64,000 nucleotides of DNA from Fistulifera solaris (taxonomy: Eukaryota), in NCBI GenBank assembly GCA_030295235.1, contig AP026141.1, forward strand, positions 372,001 through 436,000, in the 5' to 3' direction. The notes beneath the pieces are model-generated. The model made no database searches. It saw only the letters and a program-made list of their open reading frames with translations, and was not told the DNA's origin. A program made the position numbers and the translations under genes. Of this stretch, positions 35,389-49,990 are shown piece by piece. The first letter of the stretch is position 1, and every line of letters begins with the position of its first letter.

Positions 35389-36608
35389 TCACACGGACAT
35401 TCCGTAACTCGGCGCATCTTCCGATTGCTGCCACAGCATTTGTTCTCGTAACAACCGTTGCGGTGTACTAAATCCCATGACACGATCATAATCGGGAAAT
35501 TGCGGATCCGTTGGCAGCCACCACCAATACCAAGGATCTTGCCCAAAGATGTGCGCGAGCGGGATACTGTCTTCGACGGCCGTGTCCATGGTATTGGTGG
35601 CCTTCTTTTGAGACGATCAATCGTCCCAATGCCGGTCAATATGCCATACAACACATTCATGATCATGCTGCTCGTAAACAAAAAGGCGCCAATGGATAAG
35701 ACGGTCATGACACGGACCAACTGGGTCAGTACTACCGTAAAAACACAGGCTTCTTCGGCACAAAAGAAATAATTCCATCCAAACGTGAGTAATGAAGTGA
35801 CGGAACAGATCCAGGTATATAGGAGAAACAAGACAAAATGTTTCAAATTTCCCGCCCCAATACAGTTGTTCATCCACGGACAATGATGATCCATTCGACT
35901 GATACAACGATTGCAAATTCGACAATGATGCGAATGTGGTGGTTTGAAGGTTTGACATTGACTGCACATGGACAACTTGAGATCGGCTTGGTGTCGTTGG
36001 GCGGCCGTGGGGACGGCGGACGGTGGTACGGCGCCGGGGTCTGTTAACGAAGTTTTGACATGACACGCGAGGGCCAGGGCCGTCAAGACAGTGTAAAGAG
36101 GGCCAACGCGACGGGAATGCCCCCAGTCGCGGCCAACCACGTCATGGTGAGGGACGAATATCCCATCAAGATCCATACGATGAAAGTCATGATCGTCCCC
36201 GCCGGATCGTATCGATTCAACCATATGCCGTGTTCATCGGAAGTTCCAATCGAACAAGTCCAGGGTAAGTCATTGAAGGTATCTGTATAATAATAGGATG
36301 AATCATTTTGGTTGTTGTAATGAGGTTGACAACAGGTACTCGCTGCATTCCACAGTCGTTTTGGGAGAGGCAATTGTTTCGTCTTTTCGGGTAAAGCATG
36401 CAACGGTCCCAATCCACCGAACGTATACGATTCTAACCGTGGGGGTGCGTTCTTTTACGGATTAATTATGTGAGTGAGAAAGAAAAAAGTGCTGCTTCCT
36501 GACTCGTTTATCTCATTCGACACTCACCGGATCATCGCGATACGGAAGGTCTTGCCGTTGCCGCTGCCGAGTCGAATAATCATTCGTGGGACTGGAAGGT
36601 ATCATCAT
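35389..36608 (-). CDS. DHHC palmitoyltransferase (ZDHHC3/7-like)
   Basis: TDPGAVP, CSQCQTFKPPHSHHCRICNRCISRMDHHCPWMNNCIG. -1 frameshifts at A-run 36095-36097 and T-run 35606-35609. Probable first exon MMIPSSPT... ending at a GTGAGT donor. Confidence 0.9.
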
Positions 36609-36977
36609 GGTGATTTCCGAGGAATACACTCAATAGTCATGAATAATAATGAACTTTTCAAGTCGCCTTGGATGAAAAACTAAAAAATGCAAAAAACGGA
36701 TTGTCTAGAGGTGCCGAGACAGAAAAAGTCTTCTGAGATCGTACTGGTACTATAATACATAGGTTTGAAACGAAAATAAAATCGTTGCGGTATCCACTTT
36801 TGTACATTCAGGTTTAGAGTAGATGCAGGCGTTGAAAACCGCATCCGGTCTCTCGCTCGAAAGTCGACGAAACAGCCATTTGATTGCTTCTCCTACCGGT
36901 AAGGTTTACAACGGATCGATTGCTATTAAAACTAATTCTTCTCCTCCCCGAATGATATCAACAACGGCGTTTGCGAA

Positions 36978-39900
36978 ATGACAGAACCCGTAAATATTAC
37001 ATTACTGCTCGATCGGTTTCTTTCCGCGAGTACCGCCGCCGACGTGCAAAATGCTCTCGAACATGTGTTATCGGCTTTACAGGATCCCTCCGCGACGGAG
37101 GCTCTTCTCGCCGAACCCGATGTCCTCAAAGGAATCATCAAATTACTGGCGACACAATCGTACAAAAATGTTGGGGTCGAAGACGGAGACACTCTCTGTG
37201 CTCGAATTTTGTGGCAAATTCTACAAACATCATCCGACACGGCCAAGACGTTGTTGCAACGTCCGGAACTGGCGCTCATCGAAGTCTTGATGGATGTCGC
37301 CGCAACCAACGATGACGACGACAGCATCGAACGGTCTTCTTATACACGCGTTTTGTGTTTGCAATCGCTCGAAAAGTTGTGTCACAAAGCTCCACAACTC
37401 GCGCAACAACAATTGTTGCAAGCCCCGAATGGGTTGCATCGATTGGGGGAATTGTTGCATTGCGCCGATTTGGCCGTTCGAAATCAAGCCCTACTGGTCG
37501 CGCACTTTTGTGCGGCGTGGCCGGCCGTCAGTCAAGTCTGGATCTTTCTCAATATTGTGCCTACTTTGTTGCAAGTGGCGCTGCAAGAAGGGGGATTGCA
37601 AAATGGGACCGTTGTCGTGCAGGACTGTTTGCGGTTGTTGGGGAATTTGTTGCGACACGATAGTTCCATGGCAGAACTGGTTTTCCAAGAACAGTCGTTG
37701 GCGCCGCAATTGTCGGTCTTGTTGGATTTACGCCTCGGAACCGAATTTGTGCATCCCGTTCCGAAAAAGAAAAAAATCGAGCCGCTCTTGTCGCGCAAAA
37801 AACCAGTGGATGATTTGGATGATCTTTTGATGGAGCGAAGTAGCAATCCAGAATCTTCCTCGGACGAGGAAATTGTATTACCACGCCTCACGCGCGATGA
37901 AGAAAAAGTCATTCATGCTGTTTTGGATATTCTGGAATTAGTTTTGGAGAATAACAAGGTGCGTCAAGCGATTTGTACGCAGGATTTAGCGTCGATGGTG
38001 TGGGAATTGGGATTGGTCAATTTCCCTCCCCGGGAGTCGCCGCGCCTTGTGCGTATCCTAGTGCCAGCTTACAACAACGGGCTTTGCAAATTACCGCACG
38101 ATACTTGAATGATCCCATATTACTGCAAAATCACAATGCTCTCCATCGGTTGTTGCATTTGGTGTGTATGGGAGGTATACCCAAGGATCGGGAGGCCAAA
38201 TTGGGTGTCTCGCAATCAGCGTTGCATCTGCTGCGTCAGACGGTGTCTCCGGAGCAGGCGCAGGAAATGTTACTCAACACCTTGGCGCCTCCTCTCACGG
38301 AGGATGAGACACCGGATTTGACACCGGTTCAACGACTTCTCATTACCGTCGAGAACAATTTGGGAGCGCCACCGGATACCGGCCGTACGGTACTACTCGT
38401 GGGATCGACGTGTGCTTTGTCACTTTTTTTGGTCGATACCGCCAGTCGCGAAATGATGGTGCGGTTGATGGATTCCGGGTTGTTGCCTTCGATCTTGGAA
38501 TTGTTACCGAAGGAATCCGATGCTCTGGTTACATTGGTGTTGTTGCGGTTTTTGTGTCAATGGATGGATGGATCTCCGTTGGTGGTGCAATCGATTCTGG
38601 GGGCACCGCAAAGCGCGACGACATGGGCGGCCTTGTTGGAATCGAAGGATACAACCATTGCAGCATACGCATCACTGTTGTTGGGAATGGCGTTGAATCA
38701 GATGACCGACCAGCAAGATGTCACGAAATATGGAGGATGGACCCGTGAGGGTATTTTGAGTATTTTCAAACATTCCTTGAACTTGTTCCTGTCGCGGTTG
38801 GACGAGCTTGGTAGCAATCCAACCATGTGGTCGTTTTGTCCTTTAGAACGCAAAGTCTGGATGGAGGAGTTTCAAGCCAATGTTTGGACAGTGCGGAAAC
38901 GGTTGGTGGCGGAAATGACGGTGCATAGCGAGCCGAGCGATGAGATCTCGTCGATGCAGGCGTTGATTGAGAAGCAATCCAGTGAACTGGAAGAACTTCG
39001 TCAGGAATTAAAATCTTCGAAGCAGAGTCTAGTTCAACAAGGTACGTTTTCATCGCATCTTGATCTCTCTCTCTTATTGTTTTTTCTCACCGGCTTTCCT
39101 AGAAAAGGAATTGTCCCATTGGAAAGTTAGGGCCGAAAGCACTCCTACACAGCTAGACGAATTGCTCAATCAATCCACGTCGCGAAATATAGAATTAGAG
39201 CAAAAAGTAGAAGAGTTGGAACAGTTCCTTCATCAGGTCAAAGCGGAGCATGCTGCTGAAATAAGCCGAAATACTGAACTTGTAGAGTCATTGCAAGCCG
39301 AAGTAAATAGTTCCTTGCAGAATGAAACCCAAACCCGGGAAGACTTGGAGACCATGCAAGGAGAAATGACTGCGTTAAGCCAAGCTTACGCTATTCTTGA
39401 GGCAGAATATCGTCGTCAAAGTGAGCTTCTGTCAACGAGTACAACCGGAGTCGAAGGCAGCGAACAAAGCGCTCATCGACACCCAGGTGAAGAGTCACAG
39501 AAAGACTTGTCACGTGGAAACTCAACGGAGGTAGCTATTCTTCGTGCTGAAAATACAAGATTGAAGAATGATATGAAGGTGGCCGAGGATTGGATGGCTA
39601 TGGCTCATCAAAAGCTCAGTGAAATACTGACCGAGAATAATGCATTGAAAGGGGAGGTGTCGTCGCTCAGAGGACAAGTACAACCTCTCGGTGACCAAAA
39701 TGCAGCCTTACAGCAAGAATTGAATTTGTTGCGCGAATCGTGTGCCTCTTCGAGCAATGAAGATTTGCGAGTCATTATATCTCAGACTTTGCAACAAATG
39801 GAATTAGAGAAAAAACTGAGAGAAGAAGCCGAGTCAGAAGTCATTCAAATTCGTGAAGTGCTGCAAAAGGCCGAGAAAGACAAATCGGATCTGGAGCAGC

Positions 39901-42900
39901 GCGTGAGTGATATGAATCAAGTGTTTACTCCCGAAAACGCCGTCACTCTTAGTGACAGCCAATGTAAAACGTTGTCGGGCGAGAGTGCCACAGTGGATCT
40001 TCATGAAGAAGTTGAAGCAGTGCGAAAGGAACTTGCATCTGTGCTTAAAAGAGAGGAGGAGGCAATCAACAATCGCGACGCACGAATAAATGAGCTCGAG
40101 TCTCGTCTCGCAGAAAGTAATTATCCCTCTGAAGAGCTTCTGAGACGGGATAAAGAGATAGAGGAGCTTAAGCAACTTACCCATGTTGCCCAGGAGTGGA
40201 TGGATAACGCCATCGAGCAGTACCGCGCACTGCAGCAAGAAAAAGAAGCTTTATTGTCGGAAAAAGCTAATTTAACTAGCCAGTTGAGCGAGCTGGATAA
40301 CCAGATTAAAACCCTCACTCTGTCCAATTCCATGACGACAGCACAACCCGATCTACAGGCCGTAACATTTGCTTTGCAAGAGAAGGAATCTCTTCTCAGT
40401 GAATCCAGGGCGTCCCTTTCAGAAATGCAAGCTAGCCTTATAGAAAAAGAAAGTTGTCTTGATTCGTTGAGGCTTGAACTTCAGTCAGCCAATGACGAAA
40501 TTCAACGCAAGTGCTCGGAGTTAGAGTCACTGAGGCAAAATAGTAGTGATGCAGCGAATGAAAGCCAACATTTGCGTGACCAAGCCGAGGCGCTAACGTC
40601 GCGCGAGCAAGAATTATGCAAAGAAATTGACGGTCTTCGAAATGGGCAATCGTCAAAGCAAGATTTGATCGAAGGTCTTCGTATTGAGAATAACTCCAGC
40701 CAAGCTAATCTCCTCCTTCAAATTGAGGAGTACAAGACAATGGTGAGAAATCTGGAAGCACAGCTGTCCGAACAGGAATCCGACTCAAGTGAAATGGTAA
40801 AAGAATGGGAGACAACGTACAATGACTTAGAAAAACGTCACATGGAGGTCCTTGATGAGAAGCAGAAACTAGAAGTTCTTTGTAACGCAAAAGACGCGCG
40901 AATATATGAGCTGCAAGACGATAACCAGAGCAAGGATGACAAGCTGAACGAGCTGGCTACTCAGTTGGAGAAGAAGACCCACATCATCTCGTCCACAAAT
41001 AATGTTGATGCCGGTGGGGATGAGAACCGTGAGGACAAGGACGCGACGATCAAAACTCTTTCCGATGAAGTAGAGACTTTGAAACAGCAGTTGCAGGCCA
41101 TGGACGCAGAGTCGGTGGATGCGATTTCTCGCTGGCAGGCTTCCTATACTGATTTGGAAGCACGTTACTTGGAGCTGTGCAACTCCAAGGAGACGCCTGC
41201 TGTCGATGGAAAAGATGCCGTACAGCTTGGCATTGACGAGGGTCCCGTTGATCGTGTGTCTGAGCTGGCTGCTCAGGTGACAAGCCTGCAACAGCAGCTG
41301 GCGGATGCCGAAAGTGAATCGGCGGCAGTAGTGGCGAGGTGGCAGGAAGCTTACGCTGAGTTGGAAGAAAAGGTCCGTGTCGCTTCCACTGACGAATCTG
41401 GTTTGGGTGCTGACGTGCAGGCTAGTAATGACGGCTTGGCGGATCCTGTATCTGAGCTGAGTGCTCTGGTTACGAGTCTGCAAGAGCAGCTGAGAGAAGC
41501 CGATGTTGAACACACTGCTGTTTTGGAGAAATGGCAGCAAGGATATGCCGAATTAGAAGAGAAGGTCCGCATTATGTCGTCCGCAAAGAATGTCGATGCC
41601 GGTGGGGATGAGAACCGTGAGGACAAGGACGCGGCGATCAAAACTCTTTCCGATGAAGTAGAGACTTTGAAACAGCAGTTGCAGGCCATGGACGCAGAGT
41701 CGGTGGATGCGATTTCTCGCTGGCAGGCTTCCTATACTGATTTGGAAGCACGTTACTTGGAGCTGTGCAACTCCAAGGAGACGCCTGCTGTCGATGGAAA
41801 AGATGCCGTACAGCTTGGCATTGACGAGGGTCCCGTTGATCGTGTGTCTGAGCTGGCTGCTCAGGTGACAAGCCTGCAACAGCAGCTGGCGGATGCCGAA
41901 AGTGAATCGGCGGCAGTAGTGGCGAGGTGGCAGGAAGCTTACGCTGAGTTGGAAGAAAAGGTCCGTGTCGCTTCCACTGACGAATCTGGTTTGGGTGCTG
42001 ACGTGCAGGCTAGTAATGACGGCTTGGCGGATCCTGTATCTGAGCTGAGTGCTCTGGTTACGAGTCTGCAAGAGCAGCTGAGAGAAGCCGATGTTGAACA
42101 CACTGCTGTTTTGGAGAAATGGCAGCAAGGATATGCCGAATTAGAAGAGAAGGTCCGCATTATGTCGTCCGCAAAGAATGTCGATGCCGGTGGGGATGAG
42201 AACCGTGAGGACAAGGACGCGGCGATCAAAACTCTTTCCGATGAAGTAGAGACTTTGAAACAGCAGTTGCAGGCCATGGACGCAGAGTCGGTGGATGCGA
42301 TTTCTCGCTGGCAGGCTTCCTATACTGATTTGGAAGCACGTTACTTGGAGCTGTGCAACTCCAAGGAGACGCCTGCTGTCGATGGAAAAGATGCCGTACA
42401 GCTTGGCATTGACGAGGGTCCCGTTGATCGTGTGTCTGAGCTGGCTGCTCAGGTGACAAGCCTGCAACAGCAGCTGACGGATGCCGAAAGTGAATCGGCG
42501 GCAGTAGTGGCGAGGTGGCAGGAAGCTTACGCCGAGTTGGAAGAAAAGGTCCGCGTTTTGTCCTCCGACAATAATCTCGAAAGGGAGCGATATGATAAGG
42601 TTTCTAATGAAATTGCTTTGCTTCGTTCGCATTTACTTGAACAGGAGACTGAGGCACAAAATGCAATCAGGCAGTGGGAACTGTCCTACGCAGAGCTTGA
42701 AGAGCGATTGCTTAAAGTTACAAAAGAAATTGATTGTGCACTATCATCAGGTTCTCCAGGCATTGTCAACCATTCTTTTCTTGAGTCTGCTGCTGTTACA
42801 AAAAGTATGAAAGACAACGTCGCAGATACTCAGGGAACTATGGGCGATAACAATGTGCTCGATGCTTTACGTGAACGGGAGGAACGTATAACTGAATTGA

Positions 42901-45900
42901 CAAATGAGGTGTCTCTTTTGCAGCGAGAGCTGTTTGAAAGCGAAGAAGAAGCTGCTAATGCCATTTCTATATGGGAGCAATCGTACGCAAACCTAGAAGC
43001 AGAGCTACAATTAGCCAAGAAGAATAATAGTGAAAGAAACGATAGTGAGGATGTGGATGACAGAGATAGCTTGCTGACAAAATGACAATTCACATCGCGA
43101 CACTGAACGAGCAGCTTTTATTCTATCGGACGCAAACACCACCACTAGCGGCAATCGATAAAAATGACCGAGTGAATTCCGAAGTTGTCGACTCACCAGC
43201 CAATATCAAGGATGCTAGCGTAACGCAACTCGAGGATTTGCATGAAAAAGACGCCGATGAAGCTTTCGCGGAACAGCGATCCGATGAAGGACCTGAAGAA
43301 ACGATTTTAAGTAGCTTGCACGCAGAAGTAAATAGACTACAGTGCGATATCAAAGTCATGCAGGAAGAAAAACAAACATCAGTGGCTGAATTACAAGAAC
43401 GTTTGGCATTGGCAACATCAGAGATGGTCGAGACTAAACAACAACTTGGCCTATTAAAGACAGAACTCGAACAAAATAAGCTTCAAGCGAATGAAAAGGC
43501 AGAGTTCATCAAGCAATTAAATCTAGAACGAGACCTACTGAGTGAGTCTCTTAGGCGACTTGAGGATCAGTACGAAAAAGATGTCCTCGCTTTCAATGTG
43601 GAACGCAAAAATTGGAAGATGACCTTTCTAGCACACAAAAGAGCTCAACACGAAGACAACGCAAGCGGAGAAGCTAACCAACGATGTAAGAGAATGCCAG
43701 GAAGCGCTAATTCAAATGGAGTTAAAAATGAAGGGAGCAGACGAGGAAGTCAGACTTCGAATTCTACTTGACGAGAAAACGGCGGCCATGGTATTGTTGG
43801 AGGAGGATCTCAAACTCAAGACGTCTGCGCTTCAAAGCCGAAGTGGTGAGTGGGAGAATGCGAAGCAGCGAGAGGCTGGTAAGTCGTTGATGGTCGAGAG
43901 ATTATTTATTTTCATTTGCGCTAATCTTGTCCCGCATAGAACTGGAGAGAGAAATCTCCCGTCTTCAGTCAGAGTTGTCGGACCAAGAGGAAGAAGCGGA
44001 AATAGCAATAGCAAGCTGGGAGACACGCTGCGAGGAGTTAGAAGAGCTATGTAAATTTTCACAGGATGACAAAGATAGACTCAATGACGCGTTGGAACAG
44101 GCCCGTACTTTTGAAACAAGACTTCGAGAGACAGAGGAGCTTTTCAATGCACGACTCGAAACCGCCATATCCGAGCACGATCGAGTACAAAAGGCCTTAG
44201 CTGACACCTTACGTCTCCAAACACAAGCCGAACATGAGAGACTGGAACTGATTGCCAATACTCTACAAAACGAGAAGGCAGTGCTTATAGCTGAACGAGA
44301 CAACCTTGCAACACGAGTCGCGGAATTGGATGACGAGGTGCTCGAGTCAAGAGATGCAATGCGCTTTTCCATAACGAATGGCATGTCTGATAAGGCATTT
44401 GAGATCGCCACTCAGTCTCTGCTTGAACAGCTCAATCAGATGAGGCGAAGAAGCTGCGTTAAACGCAGCTAGCTTAGACACGGAGCGACGGGATCGCCAA
44501 GCGGCCGAGGAAGAGGTGAGGCGGTTAAGAACCGATCTTGCCCTTATTCTTGGAATGGAAGATGGCAACGAAAATTTCGCGGAAATTCAGAAGCTTACAC
44601 TGGAAACGAAAGGGTACATTCAAAGGAAGGAGGCAGCTGAGATTCAATCGCTTCGGTCATCGCTGGAGCGAGCTCAAACCGAATTGTTTGGATCCAAGGC
44701 GTCGGAGATGGAATCGAAAGAACTTTCCGCGAAGGCAAATATACAAGCGTCCGCACTCGAACAAGAGTTAATGACATCGAAGAACGATTTCCAGTATCTG
44801 GTGAAGACAATGGAGGAGATGAGGGAAGCGGAATTGTCCCGTCGAGTTTCTTTCGAGTATCGTATCAACTCACTTGAAAATGACAAGGCAATGCTTAAAA
44901 AGATCCACGCTACCGAGATGGACAATCTTCGAAACGAACTAAATCAGGTTTGCATAGAGCGCGATCGTCTGTTTGTATCCCTCAAGGATAGCGAAAAGAG
45001 CAAAGAAGCGCTGATGCTTGCACCCAACCGTGCCCAGTTATCAAACTTGAATGAGGATACGGACTTGAATGCTGAACTAGAGATTTTAAAAATTGAGAAG
45101 GCCCGGCTTTTCGCTGCTACGGCCGACGAAACATTACAATTTGAGCGTCGTTTGCGTGCCGCAGTTGCAGCTGAACGATCATCATCCGAAGCGGACCTCA
45201 TCCTCGAAAAAGAATTGCGACTTGCTGCTGAGAGATCGGTCGATGCACTGAAACACGAACTCGAACAAATGCAAGTTAATTTGGGTCGACCTTTCGATCC
45301 AGACGACGGGTTATCAGCAAGTGAGGCAATTCCAACGTCACATGAAATGAAAGAGTTAAAGACGCAAATTGAAAGTCTATTGATGGAAAAGAGAAACTGG
45401 AATTGCAAGTCAATACCATCAAGGCAGAATCACAACGGCGAATAGAGGAGCTAACCCGCGAGTGCCGGGAGGTTAAATCGGAAGCTCTGCGAGTCGAGAG
45501 AGATAATCTGTTTGAGGCGGAGTTGCAAGCAGAAATGTCTCATGTTCAAAATAACGTCTCCTTTCGAAGAAACGAGATTGATGCGGAGGAAAGTCAGGGC
45601 ATTTTTGAAGAGAAAAAGGATGCAATGCAGCTGGAGCATCTACACAGACTCTATGAAGCAATAAAAGATCAAAAGGAAACCATAGAAGAGGAAAGGAGTG
45701 TCTATTTCGAGCTACTCGCCGAGCAAGATGACCTTCTCGCTCTTTTGGCACAGCAAGATCTTACGGAATCATGTCTGAAAGCTGCTCTTCGTCGCTTGGG
45801 CGGTGATGAAGCCGTGGAAGAAGCTGCACAAGAAGCCAGACAAAGAGCTGAGGCAAAATACGGGAAATACATCGAAGTGTCGGCTGTTGAATCGACCTAG
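36978..45900 (+). CDS. USO1: Uso1/p115 vesicle-tethering protein with an extremely long coiled coil (about 2900 aa)
   Basis: Head motifs LLQAPNGLHRLGELL, VRNQALL, EGGLQNGTVVVQDCLRLLGNLLR; C-terminal EQDDLLALLAQQD. Introns 39042-39102 and 43879-43939. About six frameshifts (near 38030, 43080, 43609, 43639, 44448, 45388). Confidence 0.85.
41001..42554 (+). repeat. In-frame 588-bp (196-aa) tandem repeat, about 2.6 near-identical copies, inside USO1
   Basis: Units begin aatgt(t/c)gatgccggtggggatgagaacc at 41001, 41589 and 42177. Identical antisense ORFs in the track are offset by exactly 588 nt. Confidence 0.97.
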
Positions 45901-46523
45901 TGATTTCTTCAATTCAATCTCCCATTTTGGAATGCATTCAGTCAACAAACGGGCCTAATCTTCGCAAGTCATCCAAACGAAATTTAATATTACGAGATAG
46001 ACCTTAGCTTCCCAACTGACTCACTTGAATTAGGTTCCTATGTGTATCATCACGTTAAAAAGCAAGAACTAACCCAGATACGGTTTACCTAGAGATCAGC
46101 TTGAATAGGCGTTGGGGACGTTGCCAACGAGGCAACCTGAGGCAACGACGTCATCTGTACCGAGTGGCAGACAGACGTCGAACAAAGACTGCAAACTGCA
46201 AAATAACAAGATGCGCCATCCACAAAACTTTCATCACAACAACATAAAAACAAGACCGATCACTTAATTTCGAAAAAATATACTATAATACTTGCATTCA
46301 CCAGCTACGAAACATAACTTGTAACAATCATTTATCGAGATCATCCCCATTTGCGGACTTGAGCGTTCCCTTGGTAGTTTGCTGATTGTTTTTCTTCCGT
46401 CGCGAACTCGTGATTGCGGCGCCAAGAATTTCGGAGGTGAAACAATAGTTATGTTTTGCCAATAGACAACCTATCTTCAAGACGAAACAGCAAATCGCCT
46501 CGTTCGGAAAACAAGAAGTCGCG

Positions 46524-49500
46524 ATGAATGGACATGGAGGAGAGTTGAATCCACAATCCTTGGAAAGATGGATACTTCAATCAAATGATCCTTCTCAACC
46601 GACGGCTCAGATGCAAGCAATCATAATGTTGAGGGATTGGTCGTTATCATCACCCCGAGAAGTAGTTATTGCCAGTATGTTTCAGGTTTTAGACCAATCT
46701 TCGGAAGAAACAGCCCAATTTTATTCACTCGGAACACTGGGACGTATGCCTCTGGACGAGACCGAAAGGGCATCCTTCCGACAGTATTTGCTCTATCGAT
46801 ATCCGCCGGCGTCTTCCACTTTTCTTCGCAATAAAGTAGCATGGATTCTTGCTCGATTTCTTTGGGAAGACGTTCCTATGCGCTGGACGACGTTAGAGCA
46901 TGATCTTATCCATCATTTATCTGTTTCCCAGCCCGCTCTGTTCTGCAAAATTCTAGAAACGGCAATGGAAGAGTTTTCAGCAGTCGTCATCCGTGAAGAC
47001 CCGAACAACGTCGACTATGACGAAGAACAAACTTTAACTACCAACTCTTCTTTTTATTCAACGAAACATGACATGCGAAGAGTTAAGGACTATTTCAAAG
47101 ATTACATTAATGAATACGGAGAGGCCACCGGTAAGCAGCCAAACGACCTTGCGACAAATACACTGGCCCATCGACTGTTCGATCGCGTTGTGAAGGTCTT
47201 AGAAGAGTCTATCGTCCTTTTACGGAATGGGAACGACGCAAACCGACAAGCTATCGAGACTGTGGCACTTGCTTTGAAATCGATGAGGCAGTTTCTAATG
47301 TGGATCGATCTTTTCCCTGCGGACACACAGGGCGAAGGAGCAGCGCAGTCAAAAGCAATCGAAATCCTACTCTACCTTCTGTCGGTTTCTGACTATCCAG
47401 CCCATATTCATGTTTTGACCTTCCAGGTGCTGAAAGAATGGAACAGCGGTGCACAATCTACCCATGCGACTTCACAAGTATCTGACCACGAGCTTCATGT
47501 TTATTCTGCCGTCTTCGAGCAGATCCACAAAGCAAATCTTCTTCCTTACAACGTTGAATCGTCGGCACCGATTGAAGTAGTGATTGAGGTAGCCAAGTTT
47601 GTCGATTCTGCTGGACAACATCTTTTGAACATGTTCGTGATTCAAAGCGCCAACGCAACATCGGAAATACAGGTTAACGCTGACAAGATAAAGAGCGCTT
47701 TGTTCCAGGCGCTCGATCTATTTTTTCGCGCATTCAGCTATGATGACATTGATGTATCAGCTGCTGTTTTCCCACTAAGCGGCAACCTCATTTCCGAAAT
47801 GGAGAAACAGGCATCATTGCGAATGCACTTGCCTCAGCTTTTGAACGTGCTATACAGCCAAATGAAGTACCCAGCCGATTTTTCGTACGACTACGAAGAC
47901 GAACTGGTCGCTGAAGAGATGACGTATCGTGCTGATCTAGCGAAACTGTTTGGAAAAATGGTACGCATTGATTCAAATATATGCCTTCAATTTGTTGTAG
48001 AGACAGCTCAACGAATGGAAGGAATATCTAAAGCACCGACGCAAGACGTTGAAGTGTTTTTACGCCTCCTTTATCATTTCTGCGAAGGTTTAAGACCGTC
48101 ACCTGGCTTAAAAGTCGTCATGAAGAATCAAGTTTTCTGTTCACTTTTGACGGCGTTGCATAATAGCGATATTGCTGACCATCCCCATCGCGAGGTCTTG
48201 TGTCTTTACTACGAGACATCGGTTCGCTACCATCCCATTTTCATGACCAACTCAGGAAACGCTAAAGTGACGAATACGCCGCTACTATCTCGAGTCTTGG
48301 AAGCAATGGTGCGTCTTCGTAGTTAACAAGCGAATGGTACACTATCGCTGCTCCTCACACGGATGTATTTACAGAGCGGTACCAGAGGCTTACTGCATTC
48401 CCATGTCAGAGTAAGATCACGTTGCTGCTATTTGCTACTCAATTTGGTAAAACATACAGCGCCGGTTCTGCGTTCTTTCGTAGAAACAGCAGTGTTCGGT
48501 ATCCGTGGCCTTCTTTCCAATGACGAATTTTGCTCAACGCTTAGACCGGATGATTCTCTCTACCTTTTCGAAACTATGGGCTTACTGTTGGGGAAGACAG
48601 GGCTTGAAGCTGAAAAACAAAGGGGATATTTAGTCGAAGTGGTGACTCCGCACATCGAGCGGGTCAGACAAGAAATTGCTTTTGCAGTTTCCACTGCAGA
48701 CACTGACCACGAAACTGCAGATTCAAGAGAAGAGATACTGGCTAGCTCGATCGCCGCAGTCGCGCATCTTAGCAAAGGTTTTTCTAAGCCATCAGACGGA
48801 GTTTTAGCTGTATTATCCGAGTCTGTACATGTGGTCTTATCTTTTCTCCGAACTGCTCCGACAAGCGAACTAGTCAGAAACAAAACGATGGTGTTCTTAC
48901 AACGAATGATTGTTACTATCGACAACCGCGTCCTACCTGAAATGCCTCAATTTCTTTCCCTACTAATTGAACACTGCGATGCCGATGACATTCTTTTCGT
49001 CTGCCAGTTGTTTAATCAGCTATGTTTAAAGTTTAATGAATCATCTGTCCCTGCTATTGACGGACAATTGATTCCACTGCTGAGAAAAATGCCAAGAACA
49101 AGTGCCAAGCCAAGAAAACGGCAATGGACAGCCTCCTCATATTTGCGCGGAACAGTTGGCTGTGAAGAAACTAATCTACGTTGTATTGCAACATATTGTC
49201 TCGAACAAAGCCACATCAGTTCTGGTTTCACCGTCTAACTTCGGAAGCCTTGAAAGTATTTTAGAGACAGTTCGCGATGGAGCTACCAGAGTTCAAGATC
49301 CCACTATTCAGAAAACATGCTTGAGGTTCTTCCGCGACCTCGTCGCACAATGGCTTCCTCTGGAACCTCCCGCGGATGATGTGGCTCTCTACGGTCGTGG
49401 CTTGCTGGTTTTCACACTGACTCATCTGATTCCAGATGTCATCAACTGCTTCTTCCAAAGTCAATTTGAGGAAAAGATGCTCTTTACAGCCGTGTGATAC

Positions 49501-49745
49501 ACGAGTTCGCAAACATTCTATTTTCAACAAGATCTCATTTACAGCTTGTTGAAGGCGACCGATCTGAGCTTCTCTACAACTCTTTACTTAGCTGCATAGA
49601 GCGAATAGCGGACTCACGGAACGGTGTAAAAGCCGACGTGGATCGCTTTGCTGATACTCTTTCGGTTCCCGACGTTCAAACGTGGCTAGTTGAAAGTATC
49701 CTCGGCATGCACAAAAGAACGAGATCGAAAAAGGGCCTCCTTTGA
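46524..49745 (+). CDS. XPOT: Exportin-T (Los1/XPOT), importin-beta family tRNA export receptor
   Basis: HEAT-like helical protein with FLRNKVAWIL, EEMTYRADLAKLF, LYYETSVRY, GLLHSHVRVRSRCCYLL, DDSLYLFETMGLL. Intron 48309-48374. Frameshifts at 49085-49089 (+1) and 49472-49475 (-1). Confidence 0.85.
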
Positions 49746-49990
49746 CGAAACATGCGGCTGTTAAATTCTACGCATGTTACTCAGTCTTCTTTAGTCTCAT
49801 GGCTTTCCTGCACTCACTCGACACAAAGCACACGTTGATCTACTATCGGATCTACTCCAGGCTCGTAATTTTTGAACCGCAAGTAACGTTTCTAGATCAA
49901 TTTCTGCTGTAGATCAATTGAATTGCTTACAACTCGTAAGCTACCGATTTCTCGGATCAACATGTAAGCTATTTTATAATATAGAAGTAC

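Noticed and set aside
41001..42554. 588-bp repeats as a transposon, LTR or CRISPR-like array
   Set aside because: They are in frame, head-to-tail, lack spacers, terminal repeats and transposase/RT motifs, and encode coiled coil.
40869..42632. Repeated antisense ORFs (77-223 aa) within USO1, and similar shadow ORFs across the window
   Set aside because: By-products of codon bias and of the repeat on the opposite strand; no recognisable motifs.
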